Source: Vicinamibacterales bacterium (GTDB lineage Bacteria > Acidobacteriota > Vicinamibacteria > Vicinamibacterales > UBA2999). From it: DNA of 64,000 nt. The notes under the pieces were generated by a model. The model was not told the DNA's origin, made no database searches, and saw only the letters and a program-made list of their open reading frames with translations. The stretch spans positions 68,659 to 132,658 of the forward strand of contig DASTBV010000155.1 in the NCBI GenBank assembly GCA_035711805.1, written 5' to 3'. Every line of letters starts with the position of its first letter. Within the stretch, counting starts at the first letter, position 1. Both the position numbers and the translations under genes were made by a program. This document shows, one piece after another, positions 20,191 to 31,851 of this stretch.

Positions 20191-22503
20191 ATGGTGCGCG
20201 TGATCGTTTTTCTGTGGTTCGTTGGTGCATCCGCGGTGTCTCCGGCGTTCGCCGGGCAGGCCGGCGCGCAGGGCGCGCCAGCGAATCAACCGGCCCCGGC
20301 TCCCGCGCCGCAGTCCGACCTGTTCGAGCTACTCGAAACTTTTCAGGGCGCGATCGAAATCGAGGGCGATCTGTGGCGCCTCAGAGAACGCGTGAACTTC
20401 CCGATCCCGCGTCATATGGGCTTCCGGATCTTTGCCGATCGGATCGAGATCAACCTCAAGACGGAACACATGATGGCGACCGGCAACGTGACATTCGAGG
20501 GACCAACCAGCCGGATCAGCGCGGAGCAGATCGAATTCAACATCAAAGACGGCACGGCGACGTTCATGAACGCGATCGGCACGCTGACCATTCCCGACGC
20601 CGATAAGGCCGTCTTTGGCAATCAGGATCCCGACGTGTACTTCTGGGGAGACCTCATTGAAAAGGTCGGTCCGAAGAAGTACGTGATTTCGAACGGGCGC
20701 TTCACGACCTGCGTGCAGCCGACGCCGCGTTGGGCCATGGGGAGCAACAAGATCACCATCGACCTCGACGACCACGTGCTGGCGCACCACACGGTGTTCC
20801 GCGTCAAGGGCGTCCCGATGATGTATCTGCCGGTGATGTATTACCCGTTGCACGACGACGAGCGCTCAACCGGTTTCCTGATGCCCAGCTTCGGAACGTC
20901 CACGTTCCGCGGGACGGCCTTGAGCAACGGCTTCTTCTGGGCAATGGGACGAAGCCAGGACGCCACGTTGTTCCACGATTGGTTCACGCGCACGGGTCAG
21001 GGTGCCGGTCTCGAGTATCGCTATCTCAGCGGCGTCGGGTCGAGCGGACTGTTTCGGTTCTACCGGCTCAGCCAGCGCGAAACCGTGTTCGACGAGGACG
21101 ATTCGACCGCAACGCTGCCGGCGCAAACGAGCTATCAAGTGGACGCGGCGGTGAATCAAAGCCTGGGCCGCCGCCTGCGTGCACAGGGCAATGTGGAGTA
21201 CTTCAGCGACGTATCGACGCAGCAGCTGTATCACCAGAATACCTATCAGCGGTCGATGAGCCGCCGGCTGGTGTCGGGCGGAATCACGGGCGTCTATGGG
21301 CCGGCGACGATCGGGGGCTACTACTCCCGCTCGGAGCAGTTCACCGACACGCGCAGTTCGACGGTGTACGGTTCCACCCCGCGGGCGACGGCGAACATCG
21401 CGCCATCGAAGCTCTTCGGCTCGCCGGTCTACGCGTCACTGAGCACCGAATACGTGTTTCAACCGAACCGCCGGCTCGAGGACGGCATCGTGATCGCGGA
21501 CGAGAGCCTGGCGCGCTTCGATGTGGCACCGACGCTTCGCGTTCCGCTGTCGAGGCTGACCTATCTGTCGGTCACCGCAAATGCGGCGTACCGCAGCACC
21601 TACTTCTCGCGCAGCGTCGATGCATCGGGCGCGTTCGTCGACGAGGGCGTCAGCCGCCAGTACCTGTCGCTGCAGACAAACGTCATCGGGCCCGTGCTGT
21701 CGAAGATCTGGGATACGCCCGACAGCGGATATTCCGATCGCATGAAGCACGTCATCGAGCCGGCCTTCAACGTCGAATACATCACCGAGATGGCCAACGA
21801 GGCGCGTGTCCCGCTGAGCGACTCCACCGTGGTTGCCGTTGGGGGCGCCGCGAAGGTCACCTACGGATTGACGAATCGTCTGATCGCCCGGACTCGGGGA
21901 GCCGGCGAAGGGCGCGGCTCCACCCGCGAGTTCCTCACCGTCGGCGTGCAGCAGTCGTATTACACGAATCCGGAAACGAGCCTCTTCGACACTCAGTACG
22001 TGAGCTATTCCGGGCGGTTGAAGCCCGTCGATCTGTCGCCGATCGCCCTGACGGCGCGCCTCTCACCGACGCCGGGGCTCGACGCCAACGCGCGCCTCGA
22101 ATACGACGTCACCGGCAACGGAATGCAGATTCTGACAGCCGGCGGAACTCTGACGACAGGAGCGAGCTCGTCAAACGTAGGCTTCAGCCGTCAGCGCTTT
22201 ACGCCCGAATCGGACGCGAGCAGCTATCTCACCGCGTCCTCCTCGTGGCGATTTGCGGAGGGACGAACCACCGCCTTCTACGCACTGAACTGGGACATCG
22301 ACGCGAAGTACATCTACAGCCAGAGCCTCGGCGGCACCTACATGGCGCAATGCTGCGGCGTGCGCGCTGACTTCCAGGTCGTCAACTTCCTCCCATCCGT
22401 CAGCTCGCCGATCCCGAGCGATCGACGGTTGAACTTCGCCTTCGTGCTGGCGGGCCTTGGAACCTTTTCCAACTTCTTCGGCCTGTTTGGCGGTCAGCCA
22501 TAA
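20191..22503 (+). CDS. lptD: LPS-assembly protein LptD-like outer membrane protein
   Basis: Signal peptide, an OstA-like N-domain (ATGNVTFEGPTSRISAEQIEFNIKDGTATF) and a large barrel. Confidence 0.8.
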   Translation: MVRVIVFLWFVGASAVSPAFAGQAGAQGAPANQPAPAPAPQSDLFELLETFQGAIEIEGDLWRLRERVNFPIPRHMGFRIFADRIEINLKTEHMMATGNVTFEGPTSRISAEQIEFNIKDGTATFMNAIGTLTIPDADKAVFGNQDPDVYFWGDLIEKVGPKKYVISNGRFTTCVQPTPRWAMGSNKITIDLDDHVLAHHTVFRVKGVPMMYLPVMYYPLHDDERSTGFLMPSFGTSTFRGTALSNGFFWAMGRSQDATLFHDWFTRTGQGAGLEYRYLSGVGSSGLFRFYRLSQRETVFDEDDSTATLPAQTSYQVDAAVNQSLGRRLRAQGNVEYFSDVSTQQLYHQNTYQRSMSRRLVSGGITGVYGPATIGGYYSRSEQFTDTRSSTVYGSTPRATANIAPSKLFGSPVYASLSTEYVFQPNRRLEDGIVIADESLARFDVAPTLRVPLSRLTYLSVTANAAYRSTYFSRSVDASGAFVDEGVSRQYLSLQTNVIGPVLSKIWDTPDSGYSDRMKHVIEPAFNVEYITEMANEARVPLSDSTVVAVGGAAKVTYGLTNRLIARTRGAGEGRGSTREFLTVGVQQSYYTNPETSLFDTQYVSYSGRLKPVDLSPIALTARLSPTPGLDANARLEYDVTGNGMQILTAGGTLTTGASSSNVGFSRQRFTPESDASSYLTASSSWRFAEGRTTAFYALNWDIDAKYIYSQSLGGTYMAQCCGVRADFQVVNFLPSVSSPIPSDRRLNFAFVLAGLGTFSNFFGLFGGQP

Positions 22504-22506
22504 CGC

Positions 22507-23445
22507 GTGAGCGGCACGGTCGTCCTCGTCACCGGTGCAGCCGGATTCGCCGGCGGTCACCTTCTCGAGCAGCTCGCCGGCTCGACCGACCTCGTCGGCT
22601 GGTCGCGATCCGATCCGCCATCGCATCTCGCACCGCTTGCCCGGTGGCAGCGCGTCGACATTCTCGACGGCGGGAAGGTCTACGACGCGCTGCTGGCCCT
22701 GCGGCCGCACGCGATATTCCATCTCGCCGGCCAGGCGCACGTCGGGGAATCGTGGAACGACACCGCCGGTCCCCTCGCGGCGAACGTTCTCGGAACACAC
22801 CGCATCCTCGACGCGGTCGATCGACTCGGCTACCAGTGCCGGATCCTGGTCACCGGCTCAGCGCAGGTGTACGCCTCATCAACCGAACCAATCAGTGAAG
22901 ACGGTGCCGTTGCGCCATCGAGCCCGTATGCGCTCAGCAAGCTGGCTCAGGAACAGCTCGCGCTGCGGGCCGGCACGGGGCAAATGGAGGTCATCGTCAC
23001 CCGTCCGTTCAATCACACCGGTCCGCGCCAGAAGCCATCCTTTCTGGCGCCAGCTGTAGCGCGCCAGGTTGCGCAGATCGAACGCGGCGAGCTCGATCCG
23101 GTTATCAAGGTCGGCAATCTGGATCCGATCCGCGACGTCTTCGATGTACGCGATGTGGTGCGGGCATACGCCGCGCTCATGAAGCACGGCGTGCCCGGAA
23201 CCGTCTACAACATCGCGTCTGGTGTCCCGCGGCCCGTCCGCACGATCGTCGAAGCGCTCGCCGCTCGCGCCCGCGTACCGATTCGCATCGAACAGGATCC
23301 GTCACGGTTCCGGCCGAACGACGTCCCGGTTCTGGTTGGAAACGCCAGCCGGCTGGAGCACGCGACGGGCTGGCGGCCGGAGATTCCGTTCGAGCGGATG
23401 ATCGACGATCTGCTGGATTTCTGGCGCAAAACGCGGTCGGCTTGA
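22507..23445 (+). CDS. NAD-dependent epimerase/dehydratase (GDP-4-keto-6-deoxymannose reductase-like)
   Basis: VLVTGAAGFAGGHL Rossmann motif and a YALSK catalytic YxxxK. GTG start. Confidence 0.8.
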   Translation: MSGTVVLVTGAAGFAGGHLLEQLAGSTDLVGWSRSDPPSHLAPLARWQRVDILDGGKVYDALLALRPHAIFHLAGQAHVGESWNDTAGPLAANVLGTHRILDAVDRLGYQCRILVTGSAQVYASSTEPISEDGAVAPSSPYALSKLAQEQLALRAGTGQMEVIVTRPFNHTGPRQKPSFLAPAVARQVAQIERGELDPVIKVGNLDPIRDVFDVRDVVRAYAALMKHGVPGTVYNIASGVPRPVRTIVEALAARARVPIRIEQDPSRFRPNDVPVLVGNASRLEHATGWRPEIPFERMIDDLLDFWRKTRSA

Positions 23446-23476
23446 AGGCGAACATAAGACGAAACTAGACTGGGAC

Positions 23477-24532
23477 ATGGAAAGCCGTCCCCGTTCGCGC
23501 GCCGGCAACGTCGCGCCGCTGCTGTTCGACTTGGGCACGCCGAAACCGACCACACGCGACATTGCCGATCTGATACGCGTCGGGGGTGGCGCCGCTGCCC
23601 TGACCGAAGCCGTCCGGCGCGCCGACGCCGCGCGGTATCAGGAGATCCGCTGCCGGTCGGCGCTGAATCCCGTGAAGGGAATGCCGTTCGAGTGGACGTT
23701 GAATCCCTATCGCGGGTGCACCCACGGCTGTCATTACTGCTACGCGCGCCGCTACCACACGCAGTTCGAGCTCGGCGCGGACGACGAATTCGCGTCGGTC
23801 ATTTTCGTGAAGACGAACTTCGTGGACGTCCTTCGCCGCGAGCTGCAGAAGCCATCATGGCAGGGCGATTACGTTGCGGTAGGAACGGCGACCGACTGCT
23901 ATCAACCGATCGAGGGTCATTACAAGCTCACGCGCGGCGCGCTCGCCGCGCTGTGCGAGCGGCGAAACCCGGCCGGCGTGGTGACCAAGGGGCCGATGGT
24001 GGTGCGCGACAAGGACATCCTGGCGGATCTCTCCGCCCGCGCCGGCTGCAGCGTCTACATCAGCGTGCCGTGCGTGGACGAGGATGTCTGGCGGCAGCTC
24101 GAGCCGGGCACGGCGCCGCCGCTGCAGCGTCTGCGGGCGGTCAGGGAGCTGGTCGATGCCGGCGTCCGCACGGGCGTCCTGATGAACCCGATCGTCCCCG
24201 GTATCTCGTCGCGCACGGCGCTGATGGAGCAGACGATGAAGGCGATCGCGGACCACGGCGCGCGATTCGTCGGCTGCAACGTGATGTTTCTGGAGGGCGG
24301 GACGCGCGATCATTTCATGCGCTGGCTCGACGCCGAGCGCCCGCAGCTCGTCGGCGGATATCGGAACCTCTATGCACGGAAGTACGCGTCCGCCTCATAC
24401 CGCAAGGACGTTCATGCCGTATTCAATGCGCTGCGGGACAAATACGGGCTGAATCGCCGTGACGACCGCCACCGGCCCGAGGACGAGCCGGTGAAGGTCG
24501 CGGAACAGCAGATGCTGCGGTGGCGAGACTAA
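23477..24532 (+). CDS. Radical SAM protein (SplB/Rv2578c-like)
   Basis: CTHGCHYC CxxxCxxC cluster motif near the N-terminus. Confidence 0.85.
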   Translation: MESRPRSRAGNVAPLLFDLGTPKPTTRDIADLIRVGGGAAALTEAVRRADAARYQEIRCRSALNPVKGMPFEWTLNPYRGCTHGCHYCYARRYHTQFELGADDEFASVIFVKTNFVDVLRRELQKPSWQGDYVAVGTATDCYQPIEGHYKLTRGALAALCERRNPAGVVTKGPMVVRDKDILADLSARAGCSVYISVPCVDEDVWRQLEPGTAPPLQRLRAVRELVDAGVRTGVLMNPIVPGISSRTALMEQTMKAIADHGARFVGCNVMFLEGGTRDHFMRWLDAERPQLVGGYRNLYARKYASASYRKDVHAVFNALRDKYGLNRRDDRHRPEDEPVKVAEQQMLRWRD

Positions 24533-24628
24533 TTCAGAATTCAGAATTCAGAATTCAGAATGCAGAATGCAGAATGCAGGCAGAACTCAGGTCGTGCCTG
24601 AATTCAGAATTCTGCATTCTGCATTGCC
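24531..24628. repeat. AT-rich heptamer tandem repeats forming a long imperfect hairpin between convergent genes
   Basis: (AATTCAG)x4 then (AATGCAG)x3, then the inverted ...CCTGAATTCAGAATTCTGCATTCTGCATTGC. Confidence 0.8.
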
Positions 24629-24637
24629 AGGATCCAG

Positions 24638-26935
24638 CTAGACCGCCATCGCGTCCGGGTCTGCCGAAGCCACCAGACGCGGGCTGGCAGCCTCCACCAC
24701 GACCTGACCGTCGCGGACGGTCGCACGGAAGGCGGTCGCTTCCTTCCAGTGCTGGCTGAGCGGCAGCTTGATCCGATCGTCGATCACCCGCTTCAGGAAA
24801 CGGGCGCCGTACGCCAGGCTGTAACCGTCGGTCACGATCTTCTCGAGCGCGTCGGGCTCGATGGTGATCGTCTTGTTCCAGCGCTTCAACGTGCCGGTCA
24901 CCTCGTCGATGTACTTGATCGCGATCTGCCGCACCTCGTCCTTCGTCAGCGGCTCGAACACGACGACCTGGTCGATGCGGTTGCGGAACTCCGGCGGGAA
25001 GCGCCGCTCGAGATCCCGGTTGATCTCCGACTGCACTTCCTCCATTCGCATCTGGCCCGATCGGAACCCCATCGGGCTCTGCAGCTTCCGGAAGTGCTCC
25101 GATCCGGCGTTCGACGTCATGATCACGATGGCGTCCGACAGGTAGACCCGCTTGCCGCGTCCATCCGTCAACCAGCCTTCGTCGAACGCCTGCAGGAACA
25201 GATTGAGGAGGCTCGGACTCGCCTTCTCGACCTCGTCGAGCAGGACTACCGAACACGGATTGTCCTTGAGCTGATTGGTCAGGAAGCCGCCGCGCTCGCT
25301 GCCGACGATCCCGCGGGGCATGCCGATCAGTTTGTCGACGGAGACGCCGCCGTCCTGGTACTCGGACATGTCGACGCGGATCATCTTCTTCTCGTCGCCG
25401 AACAGGAACTCGGCGATCGCCTTCGCCAGCTCGGTCTTGCCAACGCCGGTCGGGCCGAGGAACAGCAGGACGCCATCCGGACGATCGAACCCGTCCTTGA
25501 GCGGCCCCTTGTTGAGCACGAGCCGGTGCGCAAGGGCCGACACGGCCTTCTTCTGCCCGACGACACGGCGGCCAAGCCGGTGCTCGATGTCCTTGAAGCG
25601 CTCGCCGACGTCGCGGAAGACCATGTCGCGCGGGATCTGCGCCGCGTGCGAGATCACGCCGATGACTTCTTCGGCGCGCACTTCCCACCGGCGATCGATT
25701 TCGGCGCGGACGGCCGCGGTGTCGAGCCAGCCGATCACCTTGTCGGGAAGATGCAGATGCCGCTGGTAGCGCGGCGACATCTCCAGCGCGGTTTCAATGG
25801 CTTCGTCGAGAAGACGGACCGAATAATTGCGTTCCAGACGCGGCCGCAGGTTGTAGAGAATGCGCCGTGTTTCCTCCAGCGACGGCTCGGCCACCTGCAC
25901 GGTGCGGAATCGCCGCGCCAGGGCCTCGTCCTCCTGGATGTATTCCTTGTATTCGCTGAAGGTGGTCGCGCCGATCATCCGCACCTCGCCGCGCGCGAGG
26001 ACCGACTTGAACACGTTGGCCGCGTCGGACGGTGCGCCGAGCGCCGAGCCGGCGCCCACCATCGTGTGCGCTTCGTCGACGAACAGAATCAGGTTCGGCC
26101 GCTCCTTGATCTCGCGAATGACGTTCTGGATCCGGTCCTCGAACATGCCGCGGAGCATGGTGCCGGCAACCATCGTGTTCATCTGCAGGTTGACCACCTG
26201 GCAGTCGCGCAGGCGGACCGGCACCGATTCGGGCTCGAACTCGATCCTTCGGGCCAGACCTTCGACGATGGCCGTCTTGCCGACGCCGGGTTCACCGATC
26301 AGCATCACCGAGTTCGATCGCTCCCGGTGGCAGAGGATCTCCAGAACCTGCTGAATCTCGGGATCGCGGCCATACACCGGCGCGATCTTGTCCTGGCGCG
26401 CAAGGAGATTGAGGTTGGTGGCAAAGTGCTTGAGAAAGGGCGGCAGCTCGAAGCGCTTCCGCAGCCTCTCCTCCCTCACCTCGTTGTCGCGCATCCGGGT
26501 CGCAATCCGTGAGACGAGCACTTCCGGCTCGACGCCGTGGCGCCGGATGATCGAGACCGGCACGCCCTGGCTTTCCTCGAAGATGGCCGAGAACAGGTCG
26601 GACGATTCAATCGTCTGCCGGCCGGCACGGCTCGCCTGATGGAACGCGAGCTTGAAGACGAGCTTCGTCGCCGGAGCAACGCGCAGCTCGCGATCGGCGA
26701 ACGTCGGCAGCACCTGCAGGTGCTCTTCCAGGCCCTGCAGGATCTCGTGCGGGTTCAGCTCGAGATCGCGCATGACCTGTGAGAACGTGTCCCACTCGAC
26801 TTGCGCGAACGCGAGAAAGATGTGCTCATTGGTGAGGAGCGCATGATCCCGCCGCCGCGATTCTTCAATCGCGCGATCGACCACACGCTGGGCGGATTCA
26901 CCAATCTTGCTTTGTGCGATGTCGAAGTCGTCCAC
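24638..26935 (-). CDS. ClpA/ClpC-family AAA+ ATPase (two NBDs, Clp_N, no M-domain)
   Basis: GEPGVGKT and GPTGVGKT Walker A motifs and an N-terminal Clp_N repeat. An MGF tripeptide sits at the ClpP-loop position. GTG start. Confidence 0.85.
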   Translation of the reverse strand: MDDFDIAQSKIGESAQRVVDRAIEESRRRDHALLTNEHIFLAFAQVEWDTFSQVMRDLELNPHEILQGLEEHLQVLPTFADRELRVAPATKLVFKLAFHQASRAGRQTIESSDLFSAIFEESQGVPVSIIRRHGVEPEVLVSRIATRMRDNEVREERLRKRFELPPFLKHFATNLNLLARQDKIAPVYGRDPEIQQVLEILCHRERSNSVMLIGEPGVGKTAIVEGLARRIEFEPESVPVRLRDCQVVNLQMNTMVAGTMLRGMFEDRIQNVIREIKERPNLILFVDEAHTMVGAGSALGAPSDAANVFKSVLARGEVRMIGATTFSEYKEYIQEDEALARRFRTVQVAEPSLEETRRILYNLRPRLERNYSVRLLDEAIETALEMSPRYQRHLHLPDKVIGWLDTAAVRAEIDRRWEVRAEEVIGVISHAAQIPRDMVFRDVGERFKDIEHRLGRRVVGQKKAVSALAHRLVLNKGPLKDGFDRPDGVLLFLGPTGVGKTELAKAIAEFLFGDEKKMIRVDMSEYQDGGVSVDKLIGMPRGIVGSERGGFLTNQLKDNPCSVVLLDEVEKASPSLLNLFLQAFDEGWLTDGRGKRVYLSDAIVIMTSNAGSEHFRKLQSPMGFRSGQMRMEEVQSEINRDLERRFPPEFRNRIDQVVVFEPLTKDEVRQIAIKYIDEVTGTLKRWNKTITIEPDALEKIVTDGYSLAYGARFLKRVIDDRIKLPLSQHWKEATAFRATVRDGQVVVEAASPRLVASADPDAMAV

Positions 26936-27131
26936 GAGTCGGTCCTCCTGCCCACGCGGCCGTCAACGACGACCCGTGGTCGCCGATCCCAGTGGCAAGA
27001 TGCAGGCCATCGAGGATGCCTGCGTTTGCTGGATCAATCGGGCGGGCAAAAGGAGCGGAGACAACGACTTACGTTCCTGCCGTCTCAACCGAGGACGAAC
27101 GGCCGTGGGTTACCACTTCTATAATGCGGTG

Positions 27132-27686
27132 ATGGTGCGCTTGATCCTTTCCTGTGTCCTCGTTGCGGGGCTGACCGCCGCCGCTCGCGCACAGACCCCT
27201 CAACCATTCCCGCGAGCGGGCACCGCGCAGCCGCAGAAGTCGGCAACCACTCCGCCGCCGGCCGTGCCGACGCCACAGGCGCCGGCCGCGCCGGTCGATC
27301 CGAACGCGCCTCCGGGCGCCGCGCTCGGCGTGACCGTGTACCCGGGAGCTCAGTTCCTGGGGTCGTACGACGCCGGCCGCGGCCAGCGCTACTACCTGTT
27401 TGGGGCGACGGCGAGCTTTGCCGAGCTGGTCGGCTATTACAGAACCCAGATCGGCGAGAGGGGCGACCTCGTTTTCAAAGACCCGCAGACGCACATGTTC
27501 ACTGGCGGGACGCTTGCGCGCTACCGCGAGGAAACGATGGCGTTCCCGCCCAGCGTCACGGTGAAGGACTGGACGGGTGGTGGATCGGCCGGCTACCCGA
27601 ATCCGAAGATCGGCGCGCAGCCGCAGCGCTTCCCGACGGTGATCATGATCGTCCCGCCGCCGCCCGGCACACCGGCCGCCCGTTAG
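27132..27686 (+). CDS. Hypothetical secreted Pro-rich protein
   Basis: MVRLILSCVLVAGLTAAARAQ signal peptide. A TATAAT sits 6 nt upstream of the ATG. No recognisable domain. Confidence 0.55.
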   Translation: MVRLILSCVLVAGLTAAARAQTPQPFPRAGTAQPQKSATTPPPAVPTPQAPAAPVDPNAPPGAALGVTVYPGAQFLGSYDAGRGQRYYLFGATASFAELVGYYRTQIGERGDLVFKDPQTHMFTGGTLARYREETMAFPPSVTVKDWTGGGSAGYPNPKIGAQPQRFPTVIMIVPPPPGTPAAR

Positions 27687-27691
27687 ACGGT

Positions 27692-27769
27692 GAAAGGCCG
27701 ACCTGCCCGCTGGTGAAGCTATGGCGGGGCCGCCGTAGCCTTGGCGGAGGCGGAAGGCCGGCCTCTACC
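27692..27769. repeat. REP-like palindromic element, copy B (inverted relative to copy A)
   Basis: GAAAGGCCGACCTGCCCGC ... GGCGGAGGCGGAAGGCCGGCCTCTACC, between convergent genes. Confidence 0.6.
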
Positions 27770-27774
27770 GATTT

Positions 27775-29268
27775 TCAACGTGCGGCATATTTCTCTTCCA
27801 GGTACCGCAGATACGGTTCGGGGCTGACAGGAGAGCCGGTCACGCGCTCCACCAGCACCTGCGGCTCGAATTTCCGGCCGTGCCGATGAAGCTCGCTTCT
27901 CAACCACGACAGCAGTGCCGAGAAGTCGCCGCGGCCGATCTCCGCATCGCGCGCCGGGTGAAGCTGGCCAAACCGCTCCCACAGCTGCGCCGCAATGAGG
28001 TTTCCGAGCGTGTAGGTGGCGAAATAGCCGAACAGGCCAGCCGACCAGTGAATGTCCTGCAGCACCCCGCTGGCATCGTCCGGAGGGGTGAGCCCGAGAT
28101 ATTCCTGCATTCGCGCGTTCCACGCGTCGGGAAGATCGGACACGCGCAGCGAACCCTCGATCAGCGCGAGCTCGAGCTCGACGCGCAGCATGATGTGCAG
28201 GTTGTAGGTCGCCTCGTCGGCCTCGACGCGAATCAAGGTCGGCCGGACACGATTGATCGCGGCGTAGAACGCCGCAGCGGAGACGCTCGCCAGCTGGTCC
28301 GGACACGCCGCCTGCAGCCGCGGGAAGAAATGGTTCCAGAAGGCGCGCGAGCGCCCGACCATATTTTCCCAGAGCCGGCTCTGCGACTCGTGGACGCCAA
28401 GCGACGCTCCCCCTTCGAGCAGCGTCCGCTGGTGCTCGTCGCCGACACCCTGTTCGTACATCGCGTGCCCCGCTTCGTGCATCGTTCCGAACAGAAGGGC
28501 CAGCGGCTGCCCTTCCACCCAGCGCGTCGTAATGCGCACGTCGCTGGCGCCAATGCCGGTGGCAAACGGATGTACTGACTTGTCCTGCCGGCCGCGCGTC
28601 CAGTCGAAACCAAATGCCGTCACCACATCGACGGCGAAACGCCAGATGTCGCTCTCTGCATATCGCGCGCTGAGGAATTCAGCCGCCGGCGCAGGCCGGT
28701 CTGCAACCGACTTGATGATGGCGACCTGACGCTGACGCAGTGAATCGAAGAGCCGTTTTACGGCGGCCGTCTTCATCCCCGGCTCGTAATCGTCGAGCAG
28801 CACGTCGTACGGGTGTTCCTCCGGGGGGAAGAACGAGACATACCGTCTCTTCAGATCGATGACCGTCTGCAGGTGAGGGGCGAACGCGGCAAAATCGGAT
28901 TTGCTGCGCGCTTCCGCCCATACGTGCTGGGCCGCAGAGATCGCCGCGGCATGCTCCGCCACGAAATCAGCCGGAACCCGGGTGGCGCGCGCGTAGTCGC
29001 GCGCGACGACGGCGACCATACGGGCGGCGGTGGAGTCGGGATCGTCACCCGCCACATCGGCGCGGGCGGCGTCGAGCGCTGTGCCGACGCCGTCGGACGT
29101 GAACTTCTCGTGCGCCAGCCGGCGAAGCGCCGCGCTCATCTCGCCGTGAACGGTGACGCCGCCGGGCGGCATGTAGACCCGCTCGTCCCACTCGATCAGG
29201 TCGGCCGAGTGCCGAAGGTCCATGACTTCGGCGATCAGCGTGCGGAGTTTTTCGACGGAAGCGTGCAC
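27775..29268 (-). CDS. Carboxypeptidase M32 (Taq-type metallocarboxypeptidase)
   Basis: HEAGHAMYEQG zinc motif plus HPF and DVRITTR motifs. Confidence 0.9.
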   Translation of the reverse strand: MHASVEKLRTLIAEVMDLRHSADLIEWDERVYMPPGGVTVHGEMSAALRRLAHEKFTSDGVGTALDAARADVAGDDPDSTAARMVAVVARDYARATRVPADFVAEHAAAISAAQHVWAEARSKSDFAAFAPHLQTVIDLKRRYVSFFPPEEHPYDVLLDDYEPGMKTAAVKRLFDSLRQRQVAIIKSVADRPAPAAEFLSARYAESDIWRFAVDVVTAFGFDWTRGRQDKSVHPFATGIGASDVRITTRWVEGQPLALLFGTMHEAGHAMYEQGVGDEHQRTLLEGGASLGVHESQSRLWENMVGRSRAFWNHFFPRLQAACPDQLASVSAAAFYAAINRVRPTLIRVEADEATYNLHIMLRVELELALIEGSLRVSDLPDAWNARMQEYLGLTPPDDASGVLQDIHWSAGLFGYFATYTLGNLIAAQLWERFGQLHPARDAEIGRGDFSALLSWLRSELHRHGRKFEPQVLVERVTGSPVSPEPYLRYLEEKYAAR

Positions 29269-29271
29269 GAA

Positions 29272-30891
<1,620 letters not shown>

Positions 30892-30896
30892 TCAGG

Positions 30897-30985
30897 ATCG
30901 CCGCGCTCCCTCCGCCGGTCTGAACCGGGTCAGGTTCCAAGGGTCTGTCTCAATCCCGGTACTCCGGGATACCCCTGGCGGCCTT
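30897..30985 (-). promoter_or_regulatory. TPP (THI-box) riboswitch upstream of thiC
   Basis: The minus-strand RNA reads GGGGUAUCCCGGAGUACCGGGAUUGAGACAGACCCUUGGAACCUGACCCGGUUCAGACCGGCGGAGGGA, matching the conserved UGAGA and ACCUGA...GGGA cores. The aptamer's GGGAGC can pair with GCUCCC abutting the AUG. A TATAAT lies at 30990-30995 on the minus strand. Confidence 0.85.
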
Positions 30986-31035
30986 TGCGATTATACGTCG
31001 CTGTCCGCGACCACTCCTGACCATACAATTCCAGT

Positions 31036-31848
31036 ATGGTTATCGCATTGCTGCTCAGCTTGCTGCTGGCGCAGGCCACGACGCCTCAGAAACCGCAGCC
31101 CACGACGCCTCCGAAACCACAGCCCACGACGCCCCCGAAGGCTGCGCCTGCGCAGCCACGAACAACCCCGCGGCAGCCCGCGGGAACTCTCGCCGGGATG
31201 GCGATTACCGTGAGCGACGGCAGGGGCAATCCGTTCTCCGATGTCACCGTCGAAATGACCGGTACCGTCGAACGCAACGGGAAGACGGATGCCGCCGGAC
31301 AACTCAGCTTGCCTGGGCTGCGAGCCGGAACGTATCGACTTCGCTTCTCCGGTGACGCGGTGACCGCATTCGAACGGGAGGTCACGCTCAAAGGCGGTGA
31401 GATCGCCAAGCTGGCGATCACGCTGTCGCCCGCAGCGCCGGTCAAGGTTGCGCCGGCGCCGCCGCCCCCGGCGCCGGTGGCGCCGCCAGCACCCGCCGCC
31501 GGACCAGTGGGCCAACCGCAGCTCGGATCGTTGTCCAAGGTTGCAGATCAGTATCGGAACACGAAGGAGCGCCGCGAGGTGATCCTGTCCTGCAGCGGCA
31601 ACACGCGGAATATGCTGCTCGCACTCACCGACGAACAGCCGCAGCGGATCTACGACACCGCCGAATCGACGTTCTACGTCCTCTCCGGCCAGGGGGCGGC
31701 AATCGTCGGCAAGATCCAGAGCGTCATCTCGACCGGTTCCTTCATCGCCGTCCCGCGCGGCACCCCATTCGTCCTCGCGCGCCAGGGCAATCGCCCGCTC
31801 ATCATGCTGTGGACGTTGAGCGGCGAGCCGTGCGAGGCGTCGAAATAA
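31036..31848 (+). CDS. Secreted protein with a carboxypeptidase-regulatory-like domain and a C-terminal cupin-like domain
   Basis: Signal peptide, PQPTTPPK repeats, the GTVERNGKTDAAGQLSLPGLRAGTYRLRF motif and a cupin-like C-terminus. Confidence 0.6.
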   Translation: MVIALLLSLLLAQATTPQKPQPTTPPKPQPTTPPKAAPAQPRTTPRQPAGTLAGMAITVSDGRGNPFSDVTVEMTGTVERNGKTDAAGQLSLPGLRAGTYRLRFSGDAVTAFEREVTLKGGEIAKLAITLSPAAPVKVAPAPPPPAPVAPPAPAAGPVGQPQLGSLSKVADQYRNTKERREVILSCSGNTRNMLLALTDEQPQRIYDTAESTFYVLSGQGAAIVGKIQSVISTGSFIAVPRGTPFVLARQGNRPLIMLWTLSGEPCEASK

Positions 31849-31851
31849 GGA

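Noticed and set aside
24531-24628. Possible CRISPR-like array of regularly repeated units.
   Set aside because: The units are only 7 nt long and directly abutting, with no spacers. The structure is a fold-back hairpin and no cas genes are present.
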